Source: an uncultured Halobacteriales archaeon (GTDB lineage Archaea > Halobacteriota > Halobacteria > Halobacteriales > Haloarculaceae). Taken from it: a stretch of 64,000 nt of DNA. How positions within the stretch are numbered: the stretch's first letter is position 1; each line of letters opens with the position of its first letter. Shown piece by piece: positions 28,234-38,377 of the stretch. Under the pieces are notes generated by a model that worked only from the letters and a program-made list of their open reading frames with translations, searched no databases and had not been told where the DNA came from. The stretch is taken from assembly GCA_964478805.1 (NCBI GenBank), contig CAYZJQ010000001.1, positions 2,727-66,726 of the forward strand, given 5' to 3'. The position numbers and the translations under genes are program-made.

Positions 28234-28835
28234 CCGACCGTCGTCGCGACGCCCTTCGTTTGCCGGTAGTCCGAGTTCAGCAGGTCCGTCAGCGTCGCGA
28301 CCAGCGCCGCACGGTCCGTCTCGGCCCATGCGGTCGGCTCCTTGATTGGAACCACGAGGAACCCCCGGCCCCGGATCTGCTCGGCGTGGTGGGCCCCGGC
28401 GTCGGGGTCGACTTTTCCCAGAAGCGACGTATGCTGGTCGAGTGCGTACCCGAGCGCGCGGTCGCCGACCGGCAGCAGGATGTGAGCGTTGATCGCGCGG
28501 AGTTCAGCGTCCAAGAACCGTTCTTGATCCGCGTAGCTCTCAGCTGATGGCTCACCGTCGGAAAACCCAGGATGCGCGTAGGAGAGAAACGTCTTCGAGA
28601 GCGTCGGTTCGTCGGCGTACGACTCGGCTGCGAGACCGACCTCGTGGAGCACACCTTGGATCAGGCGGCCGGTCTGCGTCTCCGTGAACGGAACGCCAGT
28701 CCGAGTGCCGCCATGACGGGCCGGGCTGTCGCCGATAACGTGGAAGTCGGCGTTGGCATCGCCGTACCCGTATGCGGCACCACCATCGATGCGCATTCCG
28801 AAGGGGTTGCTGGTCTCCTCGGTGACGTTTTCCAC
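28230..28835 (-). CDS. Uracil-DNA glycosylase-family protein
   Basis: GYGDANADFHVIGDSP..HGG..TGVPFT, ELRAINAHILLPVG. Confidence 0.8.
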   Translation of the reverse strand: MENVTEETSNPFGMRIDGGAAYGYGDANADFHVIGDSPARHGGTRTGVPFTETQTGRLIQGVLHEVGLAAESYADEPTLSKTFLSYAHPGFSDGEPSAESYADQERFLDAELRAINAHILLPVGDRALGYALDQHTSLLGKVDPDAGAHHAEQIRGRGFLVVPIKEPTAWAETDRAALVATLTDLLNSDYRQTKGVATTVG

Positions 28836-28881
28836 ACTAGCTTGGACGCCAGCGTCGAGCAAAAAGGTCGCGCTCCGCGGT

Positions 28882-29382
28882 TTACTCGACCAGAATACCG
28901 CCTTTCATTCCGAGCGACCGGTGGGGCGTACAGTAGTAAAGCGCGACGCCGGCCTCCTCGAAGGTTCGTTCGAACGGCTCGCGCTCAACGACAGGAGCGC
29001 CGCTGTCAATCTCGATGTCCGAGTCGGCCGTCGAGAGGACGTTATGACTCCCGCCGCGACCGGTCCACTCAAACGAGACAGTCGTGCCCGTCGAGATCCG
29101 AAGCGCGGGCGGCGCGTACGCGAGGTTGCCGCCGTTCCCCTCGGCGCCGACCTCGACGACGGTCTCCGATTGTCCGGTAGCGTCAGCGAACTCGCCGTCG
29201 AAATTACGCGCCGCGGCACTACCTTGGAGATATTCGACGACGCGGCTCGCGGCGTCGCCATACTCGCCGGAAACAGTCGGGGTGTTACCACTGCCCCCGC
29301 CAAGACAGCCCGCAGCGCCGGCCGCGCCAGCGGCCGCAGCGACCGCGAGAAACCGTCGTCGCGTCGTCGGTCGTTCAGTCAT
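28882..29382 (-). CDS. Halocyanin (blue copper lipoprotein)
   Basis: TRRRFL Tat motif, AGC lipobox, HNV and YYCTPH...GMKG copper ligands. Confidence 0.92.
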   Translation of the reverse strand: MTERPTTRRRFLAVAAAAGAAGAAGCLGGGSGNTPTVSGEYGDAASRVVEYLQGSAAARNFDGEFADATGQSETVVEVGAEGNGGNLAYAPPALRISTGTTVSFEWTGRGGSHNVLSTADSDIEIDSGAPVVEREPFERTFEEAGVALYYCTPHRSLGMKGGILVE

Positions 29383-29468
29383 ACCGCATCGTAAGAGCGG
29401 CCCCCTTCTAAACGGCGGGCTTCCGGACGGAGGGTCGTTTTCATACTGGGGGCGCCCTTACAGCTACC

Positions 29469-30995
29469 ATGGCAGTGTTGCTCCTCGGCGATCAACTCCA
29501 CCCCGACTACGGCCCTGCGGTCGACGCCGACCACGTCGTCATGATCGAGGCGCGCGGGTTCGCCCGCCGCCACGCCTACCACCCCCACAAACTTACGCTC
29601 GTCTTCGCCGCGATGCGCCACGCCCGCGACCGACTCCGCAAGGATGGCGTCACCGTCGACTACTACAAGACGGCGACGTTCGGCGACGCGCTCGACGCCC
29701 ACTTCGAGGCGCATCCGGGCGACGAGCTCGTGACGATGCGCCCGCCGAGTCACGGCGCGGCCGGCCGGCTCACGTCGATGGTTGAGGCCCGCGGCGGCAC
29801 GCTCGAGGTGGTCGACACCGAGCTGTTCCTGAGTTCACGAGAGCAGTGGGACGAGTTCGCCGGCGACCGCGACCCGCCGTACCGCCACGAGGACTTCTAC
29901 CGGTACATGCGGCGCGAGACGGGCTACCTGATGGCCAACGGCGACCCCGTTGGCGGCGCGTGGAACTACGATGACGAGAACCAACAGTTTCCAGGCGACG
30001 ACTACGAGCCGCCCGAGCCGCCGCGGTACGAGCCGGACGCGATAACGGAGGCCGTCTTCGAGTGGGCTACGTCCCTCGACGGCGACTACGACACCGACCC
30101 GCTCGGACCTGGGTGGGCCGACCCCGATGCGTTCGTCTGGCCCGTGACGCGCGAGCAGGCGCTCGACGCGCTCGGACACTTCGTCGACGCCCGCCTCGCC
30201 GAGTTCGGCCCCTACCAGGACGCGATGCTCGGCGACGAGTGGGCGCTGAACCACGCGCTGCTGTCGGGCGCCATCAACGTCGGCTTGCTCCACCCCGCCG
30301 AGGTCATCGAGGCCGTGATCGAGGGTGCGAAAGAACAGCCCGAGACGCCGCTGAACAGCGTCGAGGGGTTCGTCCGCCAAGTGCTCGGCTGGCGCGAGTT
30401 CATGCGCCACACCTACCGGGAGGCGATGCCGGAGCTTGCGGAGGCGAACCAGCTCGGGCAGTCCGAGCCGCTGCCGGAGTTCTATTGGACTGGTGAGACA
30501 GAGATGGCCTGTATGGCCGACGTCGTGGATGGTGTTCGGACGCGCGGCTACAGCCACCATATCGAGCGGCTGATGATCCTCTCGAACTTCGCGCTGATTT
30601 ATGGCGTCGACCCCGGCGAGCTGAACGAGTGGTTCCATGCCGCTTACGTCGACGCCTACCACTGGGTGACGACGCCGAACGTCGTCGAGATGGGGTCGTT
30701 CGGCCAGGGTGTCTTCGCCACTAAGCCGTACGCCGCGAGCGCGAACTACGTTAACCGGATGAGCGACTATTGCGGCGACTGCGACTACTACCACACGAAG
30801 GCCGCCGGCGAGGGGGCCTGCCCGTTCAACGCGCTGTACTGGGACTTCCTCGACCGCAACGAGGAGCAGCTCCGCGCGAGCGGGCGGATGGGCCTCGTCT
30901 ACTCACACCTCGACGACAAGCGGGGCGACCAGCTTGACGACATCAAGGCGCGCGCGAACGAGGTGCGCGAGATGGCGCGCCGACTGGAGCTGTAG
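29469..30995 (+). CDS. FeS-type bacterial cryptochrome/photolyase (PhrB/CryB-like)
   Basis: LGDQL, HKL...AMRH, GGAWNYD.EN, VEGFVRQVLGWREF, HHIERLM, TKPYAASANY, four C-terminal Cys (C...YCGDC...CPF). Confidence 0.9.
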   Translation: MAVLLLGDQLHPDYGPAVDADHVVMIEARGFARRHAYHPHKLTLVFAAMRHARDRLRKDGVTVDYYKTATFGDALDAHFEAHPGDELVTMRPPSHGAAGRLTSMVEARGGTLEVVDTELFLSSREQWDEFAGDRDPPYRHEDFYRYMRRETGYLMANGDPVGGAWNYDDENQQFPGDDYEPPEPPRYEPDAITEAVFEWATSLDGDYDTDPLGPGWADPDAFVWPVTREQALDALGHFVDARLAEFGPYQDAMLGDEWALNHALLSGAINVGLLHPAEVIEAVIEGAKEQPETPLNSVEGFVRQVLGWREFMRHTYREAMPELAEANQLGQSEPLPEFYWTGETEMACMADVVDGVRTRGYSHHIERLMILSNFALIYGVDPGELNEWFHAAYVDAYHWVTTPNVVEMGSFGQGVFATKPYAASANYVNRMSDYCGDCDYYHTKAAGEGACPFNALYWDFLDRNEEQLRASGRMGLVYSHLDDKRGDQLDDIKARANEVREMARRLEL

Positions 30996-31005
30996 GCGGG
31001 CGCGA

Positions 31006-32016
31006 TCAGTGGCCGCCGTGCGAGTGGTCGTGTGAATGCCCGCTGACGTGGCCGTGCGGGTCGCCATCGACGAACTCGTGGGCGCTGCGGTCGCCGGCCG
31101 CAAACTCGCCGGCCCGCGCCGTCACCGCGTCGCCGTCGAGCAGCCTCTCTTCGAACACCATCGACTCCAGCGCCGCGAGCCACTGCTCGTAGTACGAGGC
31201 CTCCTCATCGCGGTCGATGGCGGCGACGAGCCGCTTCTGGAACTGCTCCCAGGGGCGGTCCTCCGTGAGCGCGACGGCGAGCGCGAACGAGCGGGCCTGC
31301 CACGGCGCGTCGAACGTCGGACGGTCCGGATCGAGGTCCGCGAGTCGCCCTTTGGTCGCCGCCGTCCCGCCGTCCGCCGCCGCGTAGCCGCTTCCGAGCC
31401 GGTCGACGCCGATCATCGCATTCCGGGTGACGTGCTCCACGAGTTCGGATTCGTCAAGCTCGTCGGTGCCGGGTGGGCGCTCGGGGAGGACCATGTACCG
31501 CAGCTCGGAGGTGGAGTCCCACACCTGCACGTCGACGTCGTCGGCGAGGTCGAGGTCGAAGTCTTCGCGCAGCAGGCCGCGGGGGTCGCGCACCGCTCGC
31601 GACCGGTATTCGGGCGTCTTGTACCACGTGGGCGGGAGCCCGAGCACGGCCCACGGGTAACACGAGCAGAGGGTGCAGACGACGAGGTTGTGGGTGTCGG
31701 GGTCGTTCGCCTTCACCTCGACGTCCATCGTCTCCGTATCGATGTCGATGTCCAGTTCCTCGATGGCGGCGGTTCCGTCCGCGAGCAGGCGTTCGCGGAA
31801 GGCGTCGTCGGTCCAGGCGCGCGCGACCACCTGGGCACCGTTCAGCGGGCCGATCTCCTCCTCGTAGGTGGCAACGATGCGGTCGACCGTGTCCGTCGAG
31901 AGCAGTTCCTTCTCGACGAGCAGCGACTGCAGGGCTCGCGCCCGCGACTCGGGGTCGTACTCTCGGCGCAGGGCGTCGGCATCGAACCCGTCGGCCTCGT
32001 CTCGGTCGTCGGTCAT
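31006..32016 (-). CDS. nthA: Cobalt-type nitrile hydratase alpha subunit fused to a C-terminal activator (P14K-like) domain with His-rich tail
   Basis: GAQVVARAWTD, VVCTLCSCYPW (Co type), VWDSTSELRYMVLPERP; then FDAPWQARSFALAVAL...YYEQWLAALE and HGHVSGHSHDHSHGGH. Confidence 0.92.
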   Translation of the reverse strand: MTDDRDEADGFDADALRREYDPESRARALQSLLVEKELLSTDTVDRIVATYEEEIGPLNGAQVVARAWTDDAFRERLLADGTAAIEELDIDIDTETMDVEVKANDPDTHNLVVCTLCSCYPWAVLGLPPTWYKTPEYRSRAVRDPRGLLREDFDLDLADDVDVQVWDSTSELRYMVLPERPPGTDELDESELVEHVTRNAMIGVDRLGSGYAAADGGTAATKGRLADLDPDRPTFDAPWQARSFALAVALTEDRPWEQFQKRLVAAIDRDEEASYYEQWLAALESMVFEERLLDGDAVTARAGEFAAGDRSAHEFVDGDPHGHVSGHSHDHSHGGH

Positions 32017-32055
32017 ACGTCCCGGTCCGCCCCCGGCTGCTTCAACGTTCGGGGG

Positions 32056-32730
32056 CTACTCGTCGACAGGTCGCAGATACGGCTCCCAGAGGTCGACAGA
32101 GACGGTGTCGCCCTCCCGGCCGCGCTCGCCCCAGAGCTCCGCGGCGGAGAACTCGACGTTGTACAGCGGCTCGCTCCGCTCGTCGCCGTGGGCGGCGGCG
32201 TCGGGGTAGGTATGGTCGCCCCGAACGGCGGTCACGACGCCCTCGGCGCGGCGAACGTACCGCGGACAGCGGGTGTGGCCCGCCGGATCGTGGCTCCGGA
32301 CGACGACGCGGTCGCCCGGCTCGAACACCGGCGTCGAGTCGCCGCCGTCGGAATCGTAGGCCTCACGGACGCCCTCGCCGAGTTCGCCGAGCAGGGCCGG
32401 GGCCTCGCGGTCGGGGACGGTCGCCTCGCCGGCCGCAAACGCCTCCGTCCGTGCTTTGAGGGCGTCGGAGTCAAGGACGCCGCGCTCGACGAACAGCCGC
32501 GCGATGCCGGTGAGCCAGCGGTCGTAGTAACTCGCGGTGAGATAGTCGGCCGGCGGGATCCGCTCGATGCTGTGCCGGAAAGCGTCGATACCGAACGTGC
32601 CCGAGCCGAGCCCGGCCACGAACGTCGCGTAGGCGACGCCCTCCCACTCCTCGTGGAAGGTGGCCGCGTGTTCTGTTGTGTCGACGGGACCGAAGCCGTC
32701 CATCCCGCCGACGTCGTGAATGCCGTTCAT
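32056..32730 (-). CDS. nthB: Nitrile hydratase beta subunit
   Basis: MNGIHDVGGMDGFGPV, FHEEWE, RHSIERI, YYDRW, GHTRCPRYVR, LWEPYL. Confidence 0.94.
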   Translation of the reverse strand: MNGIHDVGGMDGFGPVDTTEHAATFHEEWEGVAYATFVAGLGSGTFGIDAFRHSIERIPPADYLTASYYDRWLTGIARLFVERGVLDSDALKARTEAFAAGEATVPDREAPALLGELGEGVREAYDSDGGDSTPVFEPGDRVVVRSHDPAGHTRCPRYVRRAEGVVTAVRGDHTYPDAAAHGDERSEPLYNVEFSAAELWGERGREGDTVSVDLWEPYLRPVDE

Positions 32731-32771
32731 GCGGGCGCGTCTATCCGCTGGGACAAAAAGCCGTCTCCCGC

Positions 32772-35351
32772 TCAGCGGAACCGGCCGAGTAGTTCGTACG
32801 GCTCCTCGGGGTCGTACCGGCGGAACAGCAGGCTGTTGGTCAGCACGGAGACGCTGGACAACGCCATCGCGCCCGCCGCGAGCGCGGGTTGGAGCAGCCC
32901 CAGCGACGCGAGCGGGATCATCGCGGTGTTGTAGCCGAGCGCCCAGACGAGGTTCTGCTTGATTTTCGCGAGCGTCGCCTCGGAGATCTGGATGGTCTTC
33001 ACCACGTCGACTGGGTCGTCGCGCAGTAGCGTCACGTCCGCCGCCTCGATGGCCACGTCCGTCCCCGAGCCGAGCGCGACCCCGACGTGGGCCACGGCGA
33101 GCGCGGGTGCGTCGTTGACCCCGTCGCCGACCATCATCGCCGTTCGCCCCTCGGCCTGGATCGCCTCGACGGCGTCGGACTTCTCGTCGGGGAGCACTCC
33201 GGCGCGAACGTTCGCGGAGTCGATACCGACCTGCTCGGCGACGGCGCGGGCGGTCCGCGCATTGTCGCCCGTCAGGAGCATCACGTCGAGGCCGCGCTCG
33301 CACAACCGGGTGACGGCCTCCTCGGCGGTTTCCTTCACCGTGTCGGCGTCCGCGACGACGCCCGCGAGCGTGCCGCCGACGGCCACGAGCATTGCGGTCT
33401 TCCCCTCGCGCTCGAGCCGCTCCATCGTTTCGGCCGCGGGCGCCGGGTCGACGCCGGCCTCGCGCAGCAGTGTCCGGTTGCCGACGAGCACCTCCCGGCC
33501 GTCCACGGTGGCCCGGACGCCTTGGCCGGGGACACTCTCGAAGCCCTCGGCATCGGGGGGCTCGACGCCGCGCTCTTTGGCTCCCTCGACGAGCGCGCGG
33601 GCGAGCGGGTGCTCACTGTCGCGCTCCGCGCCGGCGGCGAGCCGAAGCAGCTCTTCCTCCTCTGAGACCGGCTCGGGCACGGCCACCTTGCCACCGTCGG
33701 TGCGCGCCGAGTCGTCAAGCGTGATCACGTCGGTCAGCGCCATCTCACCGGTCGTCAGCGTCCCCGTCTTGTCGAAGACGACGGTGTCGACGTCCTTGGC
33801 GCGCTCGAGCACGTCGCCGCCCTTGAACAGGACGCCGTTGCCCGCGCCGATGGTTGTTCCGACCATCGTCGCCGCGGGCGTCGCCAGCCCGAGCGCACAG
33901 GGACAGGCGATGAGCACCGCCGACGCGAACACGACGACCGCAAACTCGAAGACGGAGACGCCGCCCGTGACGGCCGGCCCGCCCGCGACCAGTCCCCACA
34001 GCGGGAGCGCGTCGACGAGCCCGGCGAGCGCCCCCGGGAACAGGTACCAGACGGCCGCCCAGAACGCGGCATTAACGACGACGGCGGGCACGAAGTACGC
34101 GGAGATGCGGTCAGCGAGGTTCTGGATATCGGGCTGGCGCGACTGCGCCTCTTTTACCGTCTCGACGATCTGCTGGAGCGCCGTGTCCCGCCCGACGTTC
34201 GTCGCCTCCATGACGAGCACGCCGTGTTCGTTGATTGTCGAGCCGACCACCTCGTCGCCCTCGTGCTTCTCGACGGGGACGGACTCGCCGGTGACCATCG
34301 ACTCGTCGACGGCGGACTGCCCGCCGATCACAACGCCGTCGGTGGGGACCTGCTCGCCAGGCCGGACCTTGAGCCGGTCGCCGACTTGCACGTCCTCGAG
34401 CGGGACCTCACGCTCGGTGCCATCCTCCTCGACCATCGTGGCGGTGTCTGCCTCTAGTTCGAGGAGTCGCCGGAGCGCCTCGCCCGCCTGGCCCTTCGAG
34501 CGGGCCTCAAGATAGTTGCCCAGCGTGATGAACACGAGGATGAACGCCGCGGTATCGAAGTAGAGGCTGCCAGCGACCAGCCCGGTCAGGACGGCCAGCG
34601 AGTAGCCGTACGCCGTCGTCGACCCGAGCGCGATGAGCACGTCCATGTTGGCGCGGCGGTTCCGCACGAGGGCCGTGTACGCATTCCGGTAGAAGGGCCA
34701 TCCGAGCAGCAGCTGGACGGGCGTCGCGAGCGCGAACTCGACCCAGCCGAACTCGAGGCCGAACACGGTCTCGGGGAGGAGCGTCCCGCCGAGCAGCATC
34801 CGGTCGAGCATGAACGCGAGCAGCGGGGCTGCAAGCGCCGCGCCGAACAGCGTCAGTCGCCGCTGTCGCGTGATCTCAGCGGTGCGAGCGGCATCGAGGG
34901 CGTCTCCGCGCTCGTCCTCGTCGTCCTCAGCCTCGCGGACCGGTGAATAGCCCGCCGCCTCGACGGCGTCATACAAAGCTGCGCGGTCGACGGCGCCCGG
35001 GAGGACGGTGACCTGGGCCTCATCGGTCGCGTAGTTCACCTTCGCAGTAACGACGCCCGCCACCCGTGTCAGGGCGTCTGCAATCGTCTCGGCGCAGTTC
35101 GCACACGACATGTCGGTGATGGCGATAGTCGTCGTCTCCGTGACGACGCCGTAGCCGGCCTCTTCCACCGTCGCGACGAGCTCGTCGAGCGGGGTCACCT
35201 CTGGGTCGAACTCGACGGTCCCCTCGTCCGTCGCGTAGTTGACACGCGCTGCCGCGACGCCGTCGAGGGCCTCCAGCGCATCGCCGACTGTCGCCGAGCA
35301 GTTGGCACACGACATCCCAGTGATGTCGAGCCCGATGGTGCGCGTACTCAT
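32772..35351 (-). CDS. copA: Cu(I)-translocating P1B-type ATPase
   Basis: Two HMA domains (MSCANC), TGES, CPC, DKTGT, SEHP, GDGVND, YN and MxxSS Cu(I) signature. Confidence 0.95.
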   Translation of the reverse strand: MSTRTIGLDITGMSCANCSATVGDALEALDGVAAARVNYATDEGTVEFDPEVTPLDELVATVEEAGYGVVTETTTIAITDMSCANCAETIADALTRVAGVVTAKVNYATDEAQVTVLPGAVDRAALYDAVEAAGYSPVREAEDDEDERGDALDAARTAEITRQRRLTLFGAALAAPLLAFMLDRMLLGGTLLPETVFGLEFGWVEFALATPVQLLLGWPFYRNAYTALVRNRRANMDVLIALGSTTAYGYSLAVLTGLVAGSLYFDTAAFILVFITLGNYLEARSKGQAGEALRRLLELEADTATMVEEDGTEREVPLEDVQVGDRLKVRPGEQVPTDGVVIGGQSAVDESMVTGESVPVEKHEGDEVVGSTINEHGVLVMEATNVGRDTALQQIVETVKEAQSRQPDIQNLADRISAYFVPAVVVNAAFWAAVWYLFPGALAGLVDALPLWGLVAGGPAVTGGVSVFEFAVVVFASAVLIACPCALGLATPAATMVGTTIGAGNGVLFKGGDVLERAKDVDTVVFDKTGTLTTGEMALTDVITLDDSARTDGGKVAVPEPVSEEEELLRLAAGAERDSEHPLARALVEGAKERGVEPPDAEGFESVPGQGVRATVDGREVLVGNRTLLREAGVDPAPAAETMERLEREGKTAMLVAVGGTLAGVVADADTVKETAEEAVTRLCERGLDVMLLTGDNARTARAVAEQVGIDSANVRAGVLPDEKSDAVEAIQAEGRTAMMVGDGVNDAPALAVAHVGVALGSGTDVAIEAADVTLLRDDPVDVVKTIQISEATLAKIKQNLVWALGYNTAMIPLASLGLLQPALAAGAMALSSVSVLTNSLLFRRYDPEEPYELLGRFR

Positions 35352-35440
35352 GATACTGTATTGTACGTACCCATCGTTTACGCCGGTTTTCCTTTCGACA
35401 ACCCAGTTTCACGGGTCGGGCTGCTTTGGAATCGAAGGTG

Positions 35441-36013
35441 CTAGACGGCCTCTTCGTGGCGCCGGTAGCGCTCCTCGAACTGCCCCAGACAGGAGCGACA
35501 GCAGAAATGGTAGACATCGCCGTCGATACGCGTCGACTCTCCTTCGCTGTCGACGGTGTTGCCACACTCGGCGCAGGTGAGCGCGAACGCGGTGCCGTCG
35601 AGCGACGGCGTCCACGAGGCGTCGTCGACGAGGGTCACGGTGTACTCGGCGTCGCCGACCAGCCCCGCGACCCACCGTCTGACCTCGTGACCCTCAGCAC
35701 GGCCGTAGAACCACACCCGGCCCTCGGCGGTGACGAAGACATGTTCGACGCCGTCGGCTCCCGAGAGCTGGTCGCGAAGCCCTTCGACCCGCTCCTCGAC
35801 GCGCACGAAGACGGGGACGCCCGCGCGAAGCTGCGAGCGGTCTACCTCCACCGTGAATCCCTCGATGACGCCGCTCTCCTCAAGCCGCGTCACGCGGTCG
35901 GAGACCGCCGGTCCCGATAGGTTGACGGCCTCGCCGATCTCGCTGAACGGCCGGCGTGCGTCCTCTGTTAACAGCGACAGGATCTCCATGTCGGTCTCGT
36001 CCAAGTCGCGCAT
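35441..36013 (-). CDS. Lrp/AsnC-family regulator with C-terminal TRASH metal-binding domain (probable copper sensor)
   Basis: LDETDMEIL...DARRPFSEI HTH; CAECG...YHFCC..C; directly upstream of copA. Confidence 0.88.
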   Translation of the reverse strand: MRDLDETDMEILSLLTEDARRPFSEIGEAVNLSGPAVSDRVTRLEESGVIEGFTVEVDRSQLRAGVPVFVRVEERVEGLRDQLSGADGVEHVFVTAEGRVWFYGRAEGHEVRRWVAGLVGDAEYTVTLVDDASWTPSLDGTAFALTCAECGNTVDSEGESTRIDGDVYHFCCRSCLGQFEERYRRHEEAV

Positions 36014-36124
36014 ACTGCCGCTTCGACGAGCACACGGAAGACGCTTCGGCCGCTTCGCCTTCGAAACGAGCGTGTACAGCGGTACTACCTTGTGATTCTA
36101 AGCCCTCCGTGAGCAGAGCCGTAG

Positions 36125-37495
36125 CTACGCCTGTCCTCGGAGGCGCCACCGCTGGTAGAACATATCGAGCCGGCCAGCCTGGGTCCGCTCGAACTCGATC
36201 GGGACGCGCGCGCCGCTGGCCGCGACCGTGTAGTAGCTCCCGTCGTCGGGGTCGACGTCAACGGGGAAAGCCGTGAGCGTCTCCTCGCCGAGATCGGTGT
36301 CGAACTCAACCTCGATACAAGCGCCGTCGGCCTCGACGGTCGCCGTGGCGATGCCGCGGTGTGACTTGTACGTCCCGGTGACCCGGTCGGCGCGCTCGCG
36401 CAGCGCGTAAAAGCGCGTGGCCGTCGGCTTGTGCCCCTGTACGAGCGCGAGCACCGCTGGACCGACGAACTGCGGGTGCGTTTTGGGCGCGTCATTGCAG
36501 GCCAGCGCGACGCCGACGCCCGCGTCGGCGAGGTAGCCGACGTACGCTGTCGAGACGCCGAGGCTCCCCCCGTGTTCGACGAGCGTGTCCCCGAGGAAAG
36601 GTCGGCGCATCCAACCGTAGCCGTACCCCTGCTCGGTGCCGTCGAGGTACTGTTGTCGGGTGGCGTGAGTCTCGTGAGCGCGCGCGAGCAGGTCCGGGTC
36701 GACAAGGTCGGGGTCAGGGTCGAACCCTGCAGCGAGGTAGTCGGTCAGGTCGAGTATCGACGTGACCAGGCCTCCCGCCGCACCGACGCCTTTCACTGGA
36801 AAGTCGCACTCGACCCGGTCACCGTCCTCGGTCCGGTAGGGGGTCATGGCGTTCTCGAACCCATTGAGATTGTCGGGCGCGACCACGGACCGGTCCATCC
36901 CCAGCGGCTCCAGTATCTCGGCGGTGACGTACTCGGAGAACGCGCGCCCATCGAGAGTCTCGACGAGCGCCCCGAGCGTCGTGTAGCCGGTGTTATAGTA
37001 GTGGAACCGGCGCTCGGGGTCCCGGTCGGCGAGCGCGCTCGCGACGTGGCGGTTGAGGTCCCTGTCGGAGGAGAGCGGCACTTCGGCTGGTGCCGCGCCC
37101 ATCCCGCGGGCGATGAGCACGACGCTGGCGCCGTCACTCGGCATCCCTGAGGCGTGACACAGCAGTTCGTGGACCGTCGGCGGCTCCGCGAGATCGCCAT
37201 ACCGGTCCAGGTAGTCGGTGATCGGGTCGTCCAGGTCGAGGCGCGTACGTTCGACAAGCTGGAGGACGGCTAACGCGGTGACCGACTTCGTGACCGACGC
37301 GACGCCGTACACCGTTTTGGGGGTTGCAGGGGCGTTCGAGGCGAGGTTGCGGGCACCGTACCCCTCGGCGTGGCGGACCGTTCCGTCCGTGCAGTTGACC
37401 ACGCCGAGCGCGGCGCCCGGGATCCGCTCGTCGCTCAGCCAGTCGGTCACGAAGGCATCGACATCGTCGCGCCAGTCTGGGGAGTCCTGTGACAT
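36125..37495 (-). CDS. Serine hydrolase, beta-lactamase/AmpC-like family
   Basis: ASVTK (SxxK), LLCHASG, YYN (YxN), PLGM, HGGS. Confidence 0.88.
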   Translation of the reverse strand: MSQDSPDWRDDVDAFVTDWLSDERIPGAALGVVNCTDGTVRHAEGYGARNLASNAPATPKTVYGVASVTKSVTALAVLQLVERTRLDLDDPITDYLDRYGDLAEPPTVHELLCHASGMPSDGASVVLIARGMGAAPAEVPLSSDRDLNRHVASALADRDPERRFHYYNTGYTTLGALVETLDGRAFSEYVTAEILEPLGMDRSVVAPDNLNGFENAMTPYRTEDGDRVECDFPVKGVGAAGGLVTSILDLTDYLAAGFDPDPDLVDPDLLARAHETHATRQQYLDGTEQGYGYGWMRRPFLGDTLVEHGGSLGVSTAYVGYLADAGVGVALACNDAPKTHPQFVGPAVLALVQGHKPTATRFYALRERADRVTGTYKSHRGIATATVEADGACIEVEFDTDLGEETLTAFPVDVDPDDGSYYTVAASGARVPIEFERTQAGRLDMFYQRWRLRGQA

Positions 37496-37554
37496 ACTCG
37501 CCCACGCAACGGCGAGGGCCTAAATCCTGCCCCGGGTGGGAGCGCTCCTGCTTG

Positions 37555-38130
37555 CTACTCCCGCGGCTCCCGGCCCAGCGTGTAGAACTCGTTATTAGGG
37601 CGCATATCGGCAAACGAGGCCAGCCGGTTCGAGAGGTTGTAGTACGCGACGACACTCGCCACGTCCCAGGCCTGTTCGTCAGAGAAACCGGCCTCTTTCA
37701 GCGCCTCGACGGCCGCGTCGTCCACCTTCCCGGGCGATTCGGTGAGCAGTTCGGCGAAGTCCAGCATCGCGCGGTGTCGCTCGGAGAGATCGGCGCTGCG
37801 GTGGTTCGTCGCTAGTTGGTCAGCGAGCTTCGGGTCTTTCGCGTAGATGCGCACGAGCGCACCGTGGGCGATGACACAGTAGAGGCAATCGTTGATACCG
37901 GAGACGGTAACAATGAGCATCTCGATCTCGTGGCGTTCGATTGTCGCGTCTTCGACGAGGGCGTCGTGATACTGGAAAAACGCGCGGAAGTGACTCGGCT
38001 TGTAGGCGAACGCGGGGAAAACGTTCGGCGTGAACCCGGCCTCTTCCGTCTCCTCGGCGATGCGCTCGCGGACGTCCTCGGGCAGCTCCTCAAGCTCGGG
38101 GACCTCGAACCGGGTCATCGGCTCTGTCAT
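37555..38130 (-). CDS. AhpD-like peroxidase-related enzyme (CMD family)
   Basis: GFTPNVF, EMLIVTVSGINDCLYCVIAHGA, YNLSNRLA. Confidence 0.9.
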   Translation of the reverse strand: MTEPMTRFEVPELEELPEDVRERIAEETEEAGFTPNVFPAFAYKPSHFRAFFQYHDALVEDATIERHEIEMLIVTVSGINDCLYCVIAHGALVRIYAKDPKLADQLATNHRSADLSERHRAMLDFAELLTESPGKVDDAAVEALKEAGFSDEQAWDVASVVAYYNLSNRLASFADMRPNNEFYTLGREPRE

Positions 38131-38166
38131 ACCGACGGTTGGACACGAGCCGACTTCACTGTACGG

Positions 38167-38292
38167 TCACGTCTCGTGGTTCCGGTACCACCGTGAGAGG
38201 AGGTAGAGTGCGCCGTAGCCGACGACGCCGGCCGCGAACACAGCCGCCGGGATGAGAAATGGGCCGAACGACCGCCACAACGCCTCGAGCAT
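38167..38292 (-). CDS. 41-aa single-pass membrane protein
   Basis: MLEALWRSFGPFLIPAAVFAAGVVGYGALYLLSRWYRNHET; ATG at 38292. Confidence 0.65.
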   Translation of the reverse strand: MLEALWRSFGPFLIPAAVFAAGVVGYGALYLLSRWYRNHET

Positions 38293-38377
38293 AGTTGTAT
38301 CTGTGCGCCAAAGGGGTTGAATCTCCCCCTTCGCGTCGGCCCACAGGTTCAAACCCGAGACGACCGCGGGTCCGAGT

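Noticed and set aside
29398..29425. Minus-strand GGAAGCCCGCCGTTTAG resembling an IS605 end
   Set aside because: Second arm does not pair and no cleavage tetramer follows; the position fits the halocyanin TATA box
31006..32730. Thiocyanate hydrolase or NHLP leader-peptide interpretation
   Set aside because: The beta subunit is intact rather than split and alpha keeps the full CTLCSC metal site, which fits a true nitrile hydratase
32772..35351. P-type ATPase as the cobalt supplier for nitrile hydratase
   Set aside because: CPC, YN and MxxSS plus CxxC HMA domains indicate a Cu(I) exporter
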